From the human T2T-CHM13v2.0 reference genome, Homo sapiens: a DNA stretch of 64,000 bases. The first letter of the stretch is position 1. Every line of letters begins with the position of its first letter. Below, piece after piece: positions 19,809 to 39,156 of this stretch. The position numbers and the translations under genes are program-made. The stretch is from NCBI RefSeq assembly GCF_009914755.1, contig NC_060948.1. One strand, written 5' to 3'. Under the pieces are notes generated by a model. That model was given only the letters and a program-made list of their open reading frames with translations, was not told the DNA's origin and ran no database searches.

Positions 19809-21913
19809 AGATCCGTATTTTTTAAATGAAAAAAAATTTCAAAGGTACTCTGCTTGGTACAATAATCAAATGTATAAACTGAGGAATACAACATAACCAT
19901 GAAACCTACTTATAACTGCATATGGAAAATACAGAGGATAATTTTTTAAATAACATATTTTGAAAGCCTTAACTAGTAATTTGAAGAGTTGGCATTTGAA
20001 AGGCCAGTATGAATATACCTTCAAAGCAGCAACACAGGTTCCCCATGAGAAAAAGCAAACACAGGGAAAATAAAAACACAAACGTTCAATCTCTTCTGAC
20101 CTTTGAAAGACACAGCACAGACAGTGGTCCTTAGGACGAAGAGCAGGAGACCCCTAATTCCGTCACCATGGCGATAGGGCATAAACATTGCTGGGTGAGG
20201 GCACAATCCACATTGTGAGGTCCAACTGCTGCCAGGAAGACAGGAGTGCTTTTACATAGACCGAAAGGTCATTGAAGGCTCAGAGTTTTGTTTCAAGAAC
20301 TGAATCCCAAGCCCACACGTTATTAGGCTGCGCTTCTTAAAACAAGTTATGAGATGGGAAAAAGGGCACCCACAAACATACGTATACATTATGTATATAA
20401 TAATATACAGTATCATATATATAATATATATAACCTATGTATAATATTGTTTTACATCCTGCATCTTATGTTATATATATTGTATAAAATATAATAATTG
20501 ATAATATATAAGTTTTATAATTATACAATATGACATATAGTATATATTATAATTTATGACATATATAATATATGTTATATATCATATATAGAATATATTA
20601 TACGGTTAATATACGTATTAAATATAAATTATACATTATATATATTATATATAATATATCTGTTATATATAATACCCATTATGCATAATATATATATTAT
20701 GTCTATGTTATATATAGTATAAAACAACATATAATTATATATAATTGTATATATAAAATGCGACATATAATATATATTATATTTTATAACATATGTAATA
20801 TATATTATATATTATATATAATACGTTGTATGTATAATACCTATATTAAATATATATTATATGACTATGTTATTAATTACATGTCACATGTGTTATATAT
20901 TATATATTTTACATAGAATATACCGGTTAAATACAATATATACTATGTTACCTATAATGTATAATTTATTAAATGTAAAATAAAGAATGCAATATATTAT
21001 GTATAATTTATAATATACAATATGTGGAATGTGATATATATAACATATAATATATGATATATGATATACAGTATATGATATATAACATACAATATATGAT
21101 TCCTAATATATATGGTATACAATATATATTTTATGATATGTATTCTATATGTTTTATATTCTGTTATATATAACTATTTGAAATTATATATAACTGTATA
21201 ATATTTTATGTAAATATGTAATATAATATATATAACTATATAATATATTATATATAACTATATATTATGTTATATATACTTTTATAACATAATTTACATA
21301 AAATATCATAATATAATATATATTATATTATTTCATATTACATAATATATATTACATATCACCCAATATAACTAACATACATAATATTATAATATAGATT
21401 ATATTATGTTATATTAAATATCATATATATCATGTATCATATATTCTATAATATATATTACACATTATATAATATGTATGTTGTCTATTATGTGATATAT
21501 ATAACTATATATATAATTATATTTTTATACATATAACTAGATAAACATGTAATTCTACATATTTTCATTTATAATATGTAGAATTATATAATCATATATA
21601 ATTATTTATATTCTATAAAAAATTTTATCATTATATGAATTATAATACATAAAAATTATAATATGTACTACAAATATATATATTATATATCATATATGAT
21701 ATAGTACCTTTGTTATATATCATAATACATATAAATGTGTATTATGTTATCTATAATTATATAATTTCATATATAAGATGTATAATATGTATCATATATT
21801 ATATATGTTATGTAATATATATAGTATATATAAGATGACACAGGATAAATATTATATACTATGACATATAAAATATATGAGGTTATATGTTACATATAAG
21901 GCATAGCACATAA

Positions 21914-22228
<315 letters not shown>

Positions 22229-24329
22229 AGATCCGTATTTTTTAAATGAAAAAAAATTTCAAAGGTACTCTGCTTGGTACAATAATCAAATGTATAAACT
22301 GAGGAATAAAACATAACCATGAAACCTACTTATAACTGCATATGGAAAATACAGAGGATAATTTTTTAAATAACATATTTTGAAAGCCTTAACTAGTAAT
22401 TTGAAGAGTTGGCATTTGAAAGGCCAGTATGAATATACCTTCAAAGCAGCAACACAGGTTCCCCATGAGAAAAAGCAAACACAGGGAAAATAAAAACACA
22501 AAGGTTCAATCTCTTCTGACCTTTGAAAGACACAGCACAGACAGTGGTCCTTAGGACGAAGAGCAGGAGACCCCTAATTCCGTCACCATGGCGATAGGGC
22601 ATAAACATTGCTGGGTGAGGGCACAATCCACATTGTGAGGTCCTACTGCTGCCAGGAAGACAGGAGTGCTTTTACATAGACCGAAAGGTCATTGAAGGCT
22701 CAGAGTTTTGTTTCAAGAACTGAATCCCAAGCCCACACGTTATTAGGCTGCGCTTCTTAAAACAAGTTATGAGATGGGAAAAAGGGCACCCACAAACATA
22801 CGTATACATTATGTATATAATAATATACAGTATCATATATATAATATATATAACCTATGTATAATATTGTTTTACATCCTGCATCTTATGTTATATATAT
22901 TGTATAAAATATAATAATTGATAATATATAAGTTTTATAATTATACAGTATGACATATAGTATATATTATAATTTATGACATATATAATATATGTTATAT
23001 ATCATATATAGAATATATTATACGGTTAATATACGTATTAAATATAAATTATACATTATATATATTATATATAATATATCTGTTATATATAATACCCATT
23101 ATGCATAATATATATATTATGTCTATGTTATATATAGTATAAAACAACATATAATAATATATAATTGTATATATAAAATGCGACATATAATATATATTAT
23201 ATTTTATAACATATGTAATATATATTATATATTATATATAATACGTTGTATGTATAATACCTATATTAAATATGTATTATATGACTATGTTATTAATTAC
23301 ATGTCACATGTGTTATATATTGTATATTTTACATAGAATATACCGGTTACATACAATATATACTATGTTACCTATAATGTATAATTTATTACATGTAAAA
23401 TAAAGAATGCAATATATTATGTATAATTTATAATATACCATATGTGGAATGGATATATATAACATATAATATATGATATATGATATACAGTATATGATAT
23501 ATAACATACAATATATGATTCCTAATATATATGGTATACAATATATATTTATGATATGTATTTTCTATGTTGTATATTCTGTTATATATAACTATTTGAA
23601 ATTATATATAACTGTATAATATTTTATGTAAATATGTAATATAATATATAACTATATAATATATTATATATAACTATATATTATGTTATATATACTTTTA
23701 TAACATAATTTACATAAAATATCATAATATAATATATATTATATTATTTCATATTACATAATATATATTACATATCACCCAATATAACTAACATACATAA
23801 TATTATAATATAGATTATATTATGTTATATTAAATATCATATATATCATGTATCATATATTCTATATTATATATTACACATTATATAATATGTATGTTGT
23901 CTATTATGTGATATATATAACTATATATATAATTATATTTTTATACATATAACTGGATAAACATGTAATTCTACATATTTTCATTTATAATATGTAGAAT
24001 TATATAATCATATATAATTATTTATATTCTATAAAAAATTTTATCATTATATAAATTATAATATATAAAAATTATAATATGTACTACAAATATATATATT
24101 ATATATCATATATGATATAGTACCTTTGTTATATATCATAATACATATAAATGTGTATTATGTTATCTATAATTATATAATTTCATATATAAGATGTATA
24201 ATATGTATCATATATTATATATGTTATGTAATATATATAGTATATATAAGATGACACAGGATAAATATTATATACTATGACATATAAAATATATGAGGTT
24301 ATATGTTACATATAAGGCATAGCACATAA

Positions 24330-24644
<315 letters not shown>

Positions 24645-26747
24645 AGATCCGTATTTTTTAAATGAAAAAAAATTTCAAAGGTACTCTGCTTGGTACAATA
24701 ATCAAATGTATAAACTGAGGAATAAAACATAACCATGAAACCTACTTATAACTGCATATGGAAAATACAGAGGATAATTTTTTAAATAACATATTTTGAA
24801 AGCCTTAACTAGTAATTTGAAGAGTTGGCATTTGAAAGGCCAGTATGAATATACCTTCAAAGCAGCAACACAGGTTCCCCATGAGAAAAAGCAAACACAG
24901 GGAAAATAAAAACACAAAGGTTCAATCTCTTCTGACCTTTGAAAGACACAGCACAGACAGTGGTCCTTAGGACGAAGAGCAGGAGACCCCTAATTCCATC
25001 ACCATGGCGATAGGGCATAAACATTGCTGGGTGAGGGCACAATCCACATTGTGAGGTCCAACTGCTGCCAGGAAGACAGGAGTGCTTTTACATAGACCGA
25101 AAGGTCATTGAAGGCTCAGAGTTTTGTTTCAAGAACTGAATCCCAAGCCCACACGTTATTAGGCTGCGCTTCTTAAAACAAGTTATGAGATGGGAAAAAG
25201 GGCACCCACAAACATACGTATACATTATGTATATAATAATATACAGTATCATATATATAATATATATAACCTATGTATAATATTGTTTTACATCCTGCAT
25301 CTTATGTTATATATATTGTATAAAATATAATAATTGATAATATATAAGTTTTATAATTATACAATATGACATATAGTATATATTATAATTTATGACATAT
25401 ATAACATATGTTATATATCATATATAGAATATATTATACGGTTAATATACGTATTAAATATAAATTATACATTATATATATTATATATAATATATCTGTT
25501 ATATATAATACCCATTATGCATAATATATATATTATGTCTATGTTATATATAGTATAAAACAACATATAATAATATATAATTGTATATATAAAATGCGAC
25601 ATATAATATATAGTATATTTTATAACATATGTAATATATATTATATATTATATATAATACGTTGTATGTATAATACCTATATTAAATATATATTATATGA
25701 CTATGTTATTAATTACATGTCACATGTGTTATATATTAAATATTTTACATAGAATATACCGGTTACATACAATATATACTATGTTACCTGTAATGTATAA
25801 TTTATTACATGTAAAATAAAGAATGCAATATACTATGTATAATTTATAATATACCATATGTGGAATGGATATATATAACATATAATATATGATATATGAT
25901 ATACAGTATATGATATATAACATACAATATGTGATTCCTAATATATATGGTATACAATATATATTTATGATATGTATTCTCTATGTTTTATATTCTGTTA
26001 TATATAACTATTTGAAATTATATATAACTGTACAATATTTTATGTAAATATGTAATATAATATATATAACTATATAATATATTATATATAACTATATATT
26101 ATGTTATATATACTTTTATAACATAATTTAAATAAAATATCATAATATAATATATATTATATTATTTCATATTACATAATATATATTACATATCACCCAA
26201 TATAACTAACATACATAATATTATAATATAGATTATATTATGTTATATTAAATATCATATATATCATGTATCATATATTCTATAATATATATTACACATT
26301 ATATAATATGTATGTTGTCTATTATGTGATATATATAACTATATATGTAATTATATTTTTATACATATAAGTGGATAAACATGTAATTCTACATATTTTC
26401 ATTTATAATATGTAGAATTATGTAATCATATATAATTATTTATATTCTATAAAAAATTTTATCATTATATAAATTATAATATATAAAAATTATAATATGT
26501 ACTACAAATATATATATTATATATCATATATGATATAGTACCTTTGTTATATATCATAATACATATAAATGTGTATTATGTTATCTATAATTATATAATT
26601 TCATATATAAGATGTATAATATGTATCATATATTATATGTGTTATGTAATATATATAGTATATATAAGATGACACAGGATAAATATTATATACTATGACA
26701 TATAAAATATATGAGGTTATATGTTACATATAAGGCATAGCACATAA

Positions 26748-27062
<315 letters not shown>

Positions 27063-29186
27063 AGATCCGTATTTTTTAAATGAAAAAAAATTTCAAAAGT
27101 ACTCTGCTTGGTACAATAATCAAATGTATAAACTGAGGAATAAAACATAACCATGAAACCTACTTATAACTGCATATGGAAAATACAGAGGATAATTTTT
27201 TAAATTACATATTTTGAAAGCCTTAACTAGTAATTTGAAGAGTTGGCATTTGAAAGGCCAGTATGAATATACCTTCAAAGCAGCAACACAGGTTCCCCAT
27301 GAGAAAAAGCAAACACAGGGAAAATAAAAACACAAAGGTTCAATCTCTTCTGACCTTTGAAAGACACAGCACAGACAGTGGTCCTTAGGACGAAGAGCAG
27401 GAGACCCCTAATTCCGTCACCATGGCGATAGGGCATAAACATTGCTGGGTGAGGGCACAATCCACATTGTGAGGTCCAACTGCTGCCAGGAAGACAGGAG
27501 TGCTTTTACATAGACCGAAAGGTCATTGAAGGCTCAGAGTTTTGTTTCAAGAACTGAATCCCAAGCCCACACGTTATTAGTCTGCGCTTCTTAAAACAAG
27601 TTATGAGATGGGAAAAAGGGCACCCACAAACATACGTATACATTATGTATATAATAATATACAGTATCATATATATAATATATATAACCTATGTATAATA
27701 TTGTTTTACATCCTGCATCCTATGTTATATATATTGTATAAAATATAATAATTGATAATATATAAGTTTTATAATTATACAATATGACATATAGTATATA
27801 TTATAATTTATGACATATATAACATATGTTATATATCATATATAGAATATATTATACGGTTAATATACGTATTAAATATAAATTATACATTATATATATT
27901 ATATATAATATATCTGTTATATATAATACCCATTATGCATAATATATATATTATGTCTATGTTATATATAGTATAAAACAACATAAAATAATATATAATT
28001 GTATATATAAAATGCGACATATAATATATATTATATTTTATAACATATGTAATATATATTATATATTATATATAATACGTTGTATGTATAATACCTATAT
28101 TAAATATATATTATACGACTATGTTATTAATTACATGTCACATGTGTTATATATTAAATATTTTACATAGAATATACCGGTTACATACAATATATACTAT
28201 GTTACCTATAATGTATAATTTATTACATGTAAAATAAAGAATGCAATATATTATGTATAATTTATAATATACCATATGTGGAATGGATATATATAACATA
28301 TAATATATGATATATGATATACAGTATATGATATATAACATACAATATATGATTCCTAATATATATGGTATACAATATATATTTATGATATGTATTTTCT
28401 ATGTTGTATATTCTGTTATATATAACTATTTGAAATTATATATAACTGTATAATATTTTATGTAAATATGTAATATAATATATAACTATATAATATATTA
28501 TATATAACTATATATTATGTTATATATACTTTTATAACATAATTTACATAAAATATCATAATATAATATATATTATATTATTTCATATTACATAATATAT
28601 ATTACATATCACCCAATATAACTAACATACATAATATTATAATATAGATTATATTATGTTATATTAAATATCATATATATCATGTATCATATATTCTATA
28701 TTATATATTACACATTATATAATATGTATGTTGTCTATTATGTGATATATATAACTATATATATAATTATATTTTTATACATATAACTGGATAAACATGT
28801 AATTCTACATATTTTCATTTATAATATGTAGAATTATATAATCATATATAATTATTTATATTCTATAAAAAATTTTATCATTATATAAATTATAATATAT
28901 AAAAATTATAATATGTACTACAAATATATATATTATATATCATATATGATATAGTACCTTTGTTATATATCATAATACATATAAATGTGTATTATGTTAT
29001 CTATAATTATATAATTTCATATATAAGATGTATAATATGTATCATATATTATATATGTTATGTAATATATATAGTATATATAAGATGACACAGGATAAAT
29101 ATTATATACTATGACATATAAAATATATGAGGTTATATGTTACATATAAGGCATAGCACATAACATGTAATATATATCATGTATAA

Positions 29187-29478
29187 TTTTTTTTTAGACA
29201 GAATCTGGTCCTGTTGCACAGGGTGGGGTACAATGGCGCCATCTTTGCTCACTGCAACTTCTGCCTCACGGGTCCAAGCGATTGTCCTCCCTCAGCCTCC
29301 CAGGGAGCTGGGACTACACCACACTGGGACTACACCAGCTGCCACCATGCCTAGCTAATTTTTTGGATTTTTAGTAGTGACAGCGTTTCACTGTATTGGC
29401 CAGGATGGTCTTGATCTCTTCACCTTGTGATCCCCTTGCCTTGGCCTCCAAATTTGCTGGGATTACAGGCCTGAGCCA
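29187..29478 (-). mobile_element. Diverged Alu, U13
   Basis: Near-identical copy of the U1 Alu. Confidence 0.93.
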
Positions 29479-31602
29479 AGATCCGTATTTTTTAAATGAA
29501 AAAAAATTTCAAAGGTACTCTGCTTGGTACAATAATCAAATGTATAAACTGAGGAATAAAACATAACCATGAAACCTACTTATAACTGCATATGGAAAAT
29601 ACAGAGGATAATTTTTTAAATAACATATTTTGAAAGCCTTAACTAGTAATTTGAAGAGTTGGCATTTGAAAGGCCAGTATGAATATACCTTCAAAGCAGC
29701 AACACAGGTTCCCCATGAGAAAAAGCAAACACAGGGAAAATAAAAACACAAAGGTTCAATCTCTTCTGACCTTTGAAAGACACAGCACAGACAGTGGTCC
29801 TTAGGACGAAGAGCAGGAGACCCCTAATTCCATCACCATGGCGATAGGGCATAAACATTGCTGGGTGAGGGCACAATCCACATTATGAGGTCCAACTGCT
29901 GCCAGGAAGACAGGAGTGCTTTTACATAGACCGAAAGGTCATTGAAGGCTCAGAGTTTTGTTTCAAGAACTGAATCCCAAGCCCACACGTTATTAGGCTG
30001 CGCTTCTTAAAACAAGTTATGAGATGGGAAAAAGGGCACCCACAAACATACGTATACATTATGTATATAATAATATACAGTATCATATATATAATATATA
30101 TAACCTATGTATAATATTGTTTTACATCCTGCATCTTATGTTATATATATTGTATAAAATATAATAATTGATAATATATAAGTTTTATAATTATACAATA
30201 TGACATATAGTATATATTATAATTTATGACATATATAACATATGTTATATATCATATATAGAATATATTATACGGTTAATATACGTATTAAATATAAATT
30301 ATACATTATATATATTATATATAATATATCTGTTATATATAATACCCATTATGCATAATATATATATTATGTCTATGTTATATATAGTATAAAACAACAT
30401 AAAATAATATATAATTGTATATATAAAATGCGACATATAATATATATTATATTTTATAACATATGTAATATATATTATATATTATATATAATACGTTGTA
30501 TGTATTATACCTATATTAAATATATATTATACGACTATGTTATTAATTACATGTCACATGTGTTATATATTAAATATTTTACATAGAATATACCGGTTAC
30601 ATACAATATATACTATGTTACCTATAATGTATAATTTATTACATGTAAAATAAAGAATGCAATATATTATGTATAATTTATAATATACCATATGTGGAAT
30701 GGATATATATAACATATAATATATGATATATGATATACAGTATATGATATATAACATACAATATATGATTCCTAATATATATGGTATACAATATATATTT
30801 ATGATATGTATTTTCTATGTTGTATATTCTGTTATATATAACTATTTGAAATTATATATAACTGTATAATATTTTATGTAAATATGTAATATAATATATA
30901 ACTATATAATATATTATATATAACTATATATTATGTTATATATACTTTTATAACATAATTTACATAAAATATCATAATATAATATATATTATATTATTTC
31001 ATATTACATAATATATATTACATATCACCCAATATAACTAACATACATAATATTATAATATAGATTATATTATGTTATATTAAATATCATATATATCATG
31101 TATCATATATTCTATATTATATATTACACATTATATAATATGTATGTTGTCTATTATGTGATATATATAACTATATATATAATTATATTTTTATACATAT
31201 AACTGGATAAACATGTAATTCTACATATTTTCATTTATAATATGTAGAATTATATAATCATATATAATTATTTATATTCTATAAAAAATTTTATCATTAT
31301 ATAAATTATAATATATAAAAATTATAATATGTACTACAAATATATATATTATATATCATATATGATATAGTACCTTTGTTATATATCATAATACATATAA
31401 ATGTGTATTATGTTATCTATAATTATATAATTTCATATATAAGATGTATAATATGTATCATATATTATATATGTTATGTAATATATATAGTATATATAAG
31501 ATGACACAGGATAAATATTATATACTATGACATATAAAATATATGAGGTTATATGTTACATATAAGGCATAGCACATAACATGTAATATATATCATGTAT
31601 AA

Positions 31603-31894
31603 TTTTTTTTTAGACAGAATCTGGTCCTGTTGCACAGGGTGGGGTACAATGGCGCCATCTTTGCTCACTGCAACTTCTGCCTCACGGGTCCAAGCGATTG
31701 TCCTCCCTCAGCCTCCCAGGTAGCTGGGACTACACCACACTGGGACTACACCAGCTGCCACCATGCCTAGCTAATTTTTTGGATTTTTAGTAGTGACAGC
31801 GTTTCACTGTATTGGCCAGGATGGTCTTGATCTCTTCACCTTGTGATCCCCTTGCCTTGGCCTCCAAATTTGCTGGGATTACAGGCCTGAGCCA
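31603..31894 (-). mobile_element. Diverged Alu, U14
   Basis: Near-identical copy of the U1 Alu. Confidence 0.93.
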
Positions 31895-34022
31895 AGATCC
31901 GTATTTTTTAAATGAAAAAAAATTTCAAAGGTACTCTGCTTGGTACAATAATCAAATGTATAAACTGAGGAATAAAACATAACCATGAAACCTACTTATA
32001 ACTGCATATGGAAAATACAGAGGATAATTTTTTAAATAACATATTTTGAAAGCCTTAACTAGTAATTTGAAGAGTTGGCATTTGAAAGGCCAGTATGAAT
32101 ATACCTTCAAAGCAGCAACACAGGTTCCCCATGAGAAAAAGCAAACACAGGGAAAATAAAAACACAAAGGTTCAATCTCTTCTGACCTTTGAAAGACACA
32201 GCACAGACAGTGGTCCTTAGGACGAAGAGCAGGAGACCCCTAATTCCATCACCATGGCGATAGGGCATAAACATTGCTGGGTGAGGGCACAATCCACATT
32301 ATGAGGTCCAACTGCTGCCAGGAAGACAGGAGTGCTTTTACATAGACCGAAAGGTCATTGAAGGCTCAGAGTTTTGTTTCAAGAACTGAATCCCAAGCCC
32401 ACACGTTATTAGGCTGCGCTTCTTAAAACAAGTTATGAGATGGGAAAAAGGGCACCCACAAACATACGTATACATTATGTATATAATAATATACAGTATC
32501 ATATATATAATATATATAACCTATGTATAATATTGTTTTACATCCTGCATCTTATGTTATATATATTGTATAAAATATAATAATTGATAATATATAAGTT
32601 TTATAATTATACAATATGACATATAGTATATATTATAATTTATGACATATATAACATATGTTATATATCATATATAGAATATATTATACGGTTAATATAC
32701 GTATTAAATATAAATTATACATTATATATATTATATATAATATATCTGTTATATATAATACCCATTATGCATAATATATATATTATGTCTATGTTATATA
32801 TAGTATAAAACAACATATAATAATATATAATTGTATATATAAAATGCGACATATAATATATATTATATTTTATAACATATGTAATATATATTATATATTA
32901 TATATAATACGTTGTATGTATAATACCTATATTAAATATATATTATACGACTATGTTATTAATTACATGTCACATGTGTTATATATTAAATATTTTACAT
33001 AGAATATACCGGTTACATACAATATATACTATGTTACCTGTAATGTATAATTTATTACATGTAAAATAAAGAATGCAATATACTATGTATAATTTATAAT
33101 ATACCATATGTGGAATGGATATATATAACATATAATATATGATATATGATATACAGTATATGATATATAACATACAATATGTGATTCCTAATATATATGG
33201 TATACAATATATATTTATGATATGTATTCTCTATGTTTTATATTCTGTTATATATAACTATTTGAAATTATATATAACTGTACAATATTTTATGTAAATA
33301 TGTAATATAATATATATAACTATATAATATATTATATATAACTATATATTATGTTATATATACTTTTATAACATAATTTAAATAAAATATCATAATATAA
33401 TATATATTATATTATTTCATATTACATAATATATATTACATATCACCCAATATAACTAACATACATAATATTATAATATAGATTATATTATGTTATATTA
33501 AATATCATATATATCATGTATCATATATTCTATAATATATATTACACATTATATAATATGTATGTTGTCTATTATGTGATATATATAACTATATATATAA
33601 TTATATTTTTATACATATAACTGGATAAACATGTAATTCTACATATTTTCATTTATAATATGTAGAATTATATAATCATATATAATTATTTATATTCTAT
33701 AAAAAATTTTATCATTATATAAATTATAATATATAAAAATTATAATATGCACTACAAATATATAAATATTATATATCATATATGATATAGTACCTTTGTT
33801 ATATATCATAATACATATAAATGTGTATTATGTTATCTATAATTATATAATTTCATATATAAGATGTATAATATGTATCATATATTATATATGTTATGTA
33901 ATATATATAGTATATATAAGATGACACAGGATAAATATTATATACTATGACATATAAAATATATGAGGTTATATGTTACATATAAGGCATAGCACATAAG
34001 ATGTAATATATATCATGTATAA

Positions 34023-34314
34023 TTTTTTTTTAGACAGAATCTGGTCCTGTTGCACAGGGTGGGGTACAATGGCGCCATCTTTGCTCACTGCAACTTCTGC
34101 CTCACGGGTCCAAGCGATTGTCCTCCCTCAGCCTCCCAGGTAGCTGGGACTACACCACACTGGGACTACACCAGCTGCCACCATGCCTAGCTAATTTTTT
34201 GGATTTTTAGTAGTGACAGCGTTTCACTGTATTGGCCAGGATGGTCTTGATCTCTTCACCTTGTGATTCCCTTGCCTTGGCCTCCAAATTTGCTGGGATT
34301 ACAGGCCTGAGCCA
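34023..34314 (-). mobile_element. Diverged Alu, U15
   Basis: Near-identical copy of the U1 Alu. Confidence 0.93.
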
Positions 34315-36421
34315 AGATCCATATTTTTTAAATGAAAAAAAATTTCAAAGGTACTCTGCTTGGTACAATAATCAAATGTATAAACTGAGGAATAAAACAT
34401 AACCATGAAACCTACTTATAACTGCATATGGAAAATACAGAGGATAATTTTTTAAATAACATATTTTGAAAGCCTTAACTAGTAATTTGAAGAGTTGGCA
34501 TTTGAAAGGCCAGTATGAATATACCTTCAAAGCAGCAACACAGGTTCCCCATGAGAAAAAGCAAACACAGGGAAAATAAAAACACAAAGGTTCAATCTCT
34601 TCTGACCTTTGAAAGACACAGCACAGACAGTGGTCCTTAGGACGAAGAGCAGGAGACCCCTAATTCCGTCACCATGGCGATAGGGCATAAACATTGCTGG
34701 GTGAGGGCACAATCCACATTGTGAGGTCCAACTGCTGCCAGGAAGACAGGAGTGCTTTTACATAGACCGAAAGGTCATTGAAGGCTCAGAGTTTTGTTTC
34801 AAGAACTGAATCCCACGCCCACACGTTATTAGGCTGCGCTTCTTAAAACAAGTTATGAGATGGGAAAAAGGGCACCCACAAACATACGTATACATTATGT
34901 ATATAATAATATACAGTATCATATATATAATATATATAACCTATGTATAATATTGTTTTACATCCTGCATCCTATGTTATATATATTGTATAAAATATAA
35001 TAATTGATAATATATAAGTTTTATAATTATACAATATGACATATAGTATATATTATAATTTATGACATATATAATATATGTTATATATCATATATAGAAT
35101 ATATTATACGGTTAATATACGTATTAAATATAAATTATACATTATATATATTATATATAATATATCTGTTATATATAATACCCATTATGCATAATGTATA
35201 TATTATGTCTATGTTATATATAGTATAAAACAACATATAATAATATATAATTGTATATATAAAATGCGACATATAATATATATTATATTTTATAACATAT
35301 GTAATATATATTATATATTATATATAATACGTTGTATGTATAATACCTATATTAAATACATATTATATGACTATGTTATTAATTACATGTCACATGTATT
35401 ATATATTATATATTTTACATAGAATATACCGGTTACATACAATATATACTATGTTACCTATAATGTATAATTTATTACATGTAAAATAAAGAATGCAATG
35501 TATTATGTATAATTTGTAATATACAATATGTGGAATGTGATATATGTAACATATAATATATCATATATGATATACAGTATATGATATATAACATACAATA
35601 TATGATTCCTAATATATATGGTATACAATACATATTTTATGATATGTATTCTATATGTTTTATATTCTGTTATATATAACTATTTGAAATTATATATAAC
35701 TGTATAATATTTTATGTAAATATGTAATATAATATATATAACTATATAATATATTATATATAACTATATATTATGTTATATATACTTTTATAACATAATT
35801 TACATAAAATATCATAATATAATATATATTATAATATTTCATATTACATAATATATATTACATATCACCCAATATAACTAACATACATAATATTATAATA
35901 TAGATTATATTATGTTATATTAAATATCATATATATCATGTATCATATATTCTATAATATATATTACATATTATATAATATGTATGTTGTCTATTATGTG
36001 ATATATATAACTATATATATAATTATATTTTTATACATATAACTACATAAACATGTAATTCTACATATTTTCATTTATAATATGTAGAATTATATAATCA
36101 TATATAATTATTTATATTCTATAAAAAATTTTATCATTATATAAATTATAATATATAAAAATTATGATATGTACTAAAAATATATATATATTATATATCA
36201 TATATGATATAGTAACTTTGTTATATATCATAATATATATAAATGTGTATTATGTTATCTATAATTATATAATTTCATATATAAGATGTATAATATGTAT
36301 CATATATTATATATGTTATGTAATATATATAGTATATATAAGATGACACAGGATAAATATTATATACTATGACATATAAAATATATGAGGTTATATGTTA
36401 CATATAAGGCATAGCACATAA

Positions 36422-36736
<315 letters not shown>

Positions 36737-38864
36737 AGATCCATATTTTTTAAATGAAAAAAAATTTCAAAGGTACTCTGCTTGGTACAATAATCAAATG
36801 TATAAACTGAGGAATAAAACATAACCATGAAACCTACTTATAACTGCATATGGAAAATACAGAGGATAATTTTTTAAATAACATATTTTGAAAGCCTTAA
36901 CTAGTAATTTGAAGAGTTGGCATTTGAAAGGCCAGTATGAATATACCTTCAAAGCAGCAACACAGGTTCCCCATGAGAAAAAGCAAACACAGGGAAAATA
37001 AAAACACAAAGGTTCAATCTCTTCTGACCTTTGAAAGACACAGCACAGACAGTGGTCCTTAGGACGAAGAGCAGGAGACCCCTAATTCCGTCACCATGGC
37101 GATAGGGCATAAACATTGCTGGGTGAGGGCACAATCCACATTGTGAGGTCCAACTGCTGCCAGGAAGACAGGAGTGCTTTTACATAGACCGAAAGGTCAT
37201 TGAAGGCTCAGAGTTTTGTTTCAAGAACTGAATCCCAAGCCCACACGTTATTAGGCTGCGCTTCTTAAAACAACTTATGAGATGGGAAAAAGGGCACCCA
37301 CAAACATACGTATACATTATGTATATAATAATATACAGTATCATATATATAATATATATAACCTATGTATAATATTGTTTTACATCCTGCATCCTATGTT
37401 ATATATATTGTATAAAATATAATAATTGATAATATATAAGTTTTATAATTATACAATATGACATATAGTATATATTATAATTTATGACATATATAATATA
37501 TGTTATATATCATATATAGAATATATTATACGGTTAATATACGTATTAAATATAAATTATACATTATATATATTATATATAATATATCTGTTATATATAA
37601 TACCCATTATGCATAATATATATATTATGTCTATGTTATATATAGTATAAAACAACATATAATAATATATAATTGTATATATAAAATGCGACATATAATA
37701 TATATTATATTTTATAACATATGTAATATATATTATATATTATATATAATACGTTGTATGTATAATACCTATATTAAATATATATTATATGACTATGTTA
37801 TTAATTACATGTCACATGTGTTATATATTATATATTTTACATAGAATATACCGGTTACATACAATATATACTATGTTACCTATAATGTATAATTTATTAC
37901 ATGTAAAATAAAGAATGCAATATATTATGTAAAATTTATAATATACAATATGTGGAATGTGATATATATAACATATAATATATGATATATGATATAGAGT
38001 ATATGATATATAACATACAATATATGATTCCTAATATATATGGTATACAATATATATTTTATGATATGTATTCTATATGTTTTATATTCTGTTATATATA
38101 ACTATTTGAAATTATATATAACTGTATAATATTTTATGTAAATATGAAATATAATATATATAACTATATAATATATTATATATAACTATATATTATGTTA
38201 TATATACTTTTATAACATAATTTACATAAAATATCATAATATAATATATATTATATTATTTCATATTACATAATATATATTACATATCACCCAATATAAC
38301 TAACATACATAATATTATAATATAGATTATATTATGTTATATTAAATATCATATATATCATGTATCATATATTCTATAATATATATTACACATTATATAA
38401 TATGTATGTTGTCTATTATGTGATATATATAACTATATATATAATTATATTTTTATACATATAACTAGATAAACATGTAATTCTACATATTTTCATTTAT
38501 AATATGTAGAATTATATAATCATATATAATTATTTATATTCTATAAAAAATTTTATCATTATATAAATTATAATATATAAAAATTATTATATGTGCTACA
38601 CATATATATATTATATATCATATATGATATAGTACCTTTGTTATATATCACAATACATATAAATGTGTATTATGTTATCTATAATTATATAATTTCATAT
38701 ATAAGATGTATAATATGTATCATATATTATATATGTTATGTAATATATATAGTATATATAAGATGACACAGGATAAATATTATATACTATGACATATAAA
38801 ATATATGAGGTTATATGTTACATATAAGGCATAGCACATAACATGTAATATATATCATATATAA

Positions 38865-39156
<292 letters not shown>

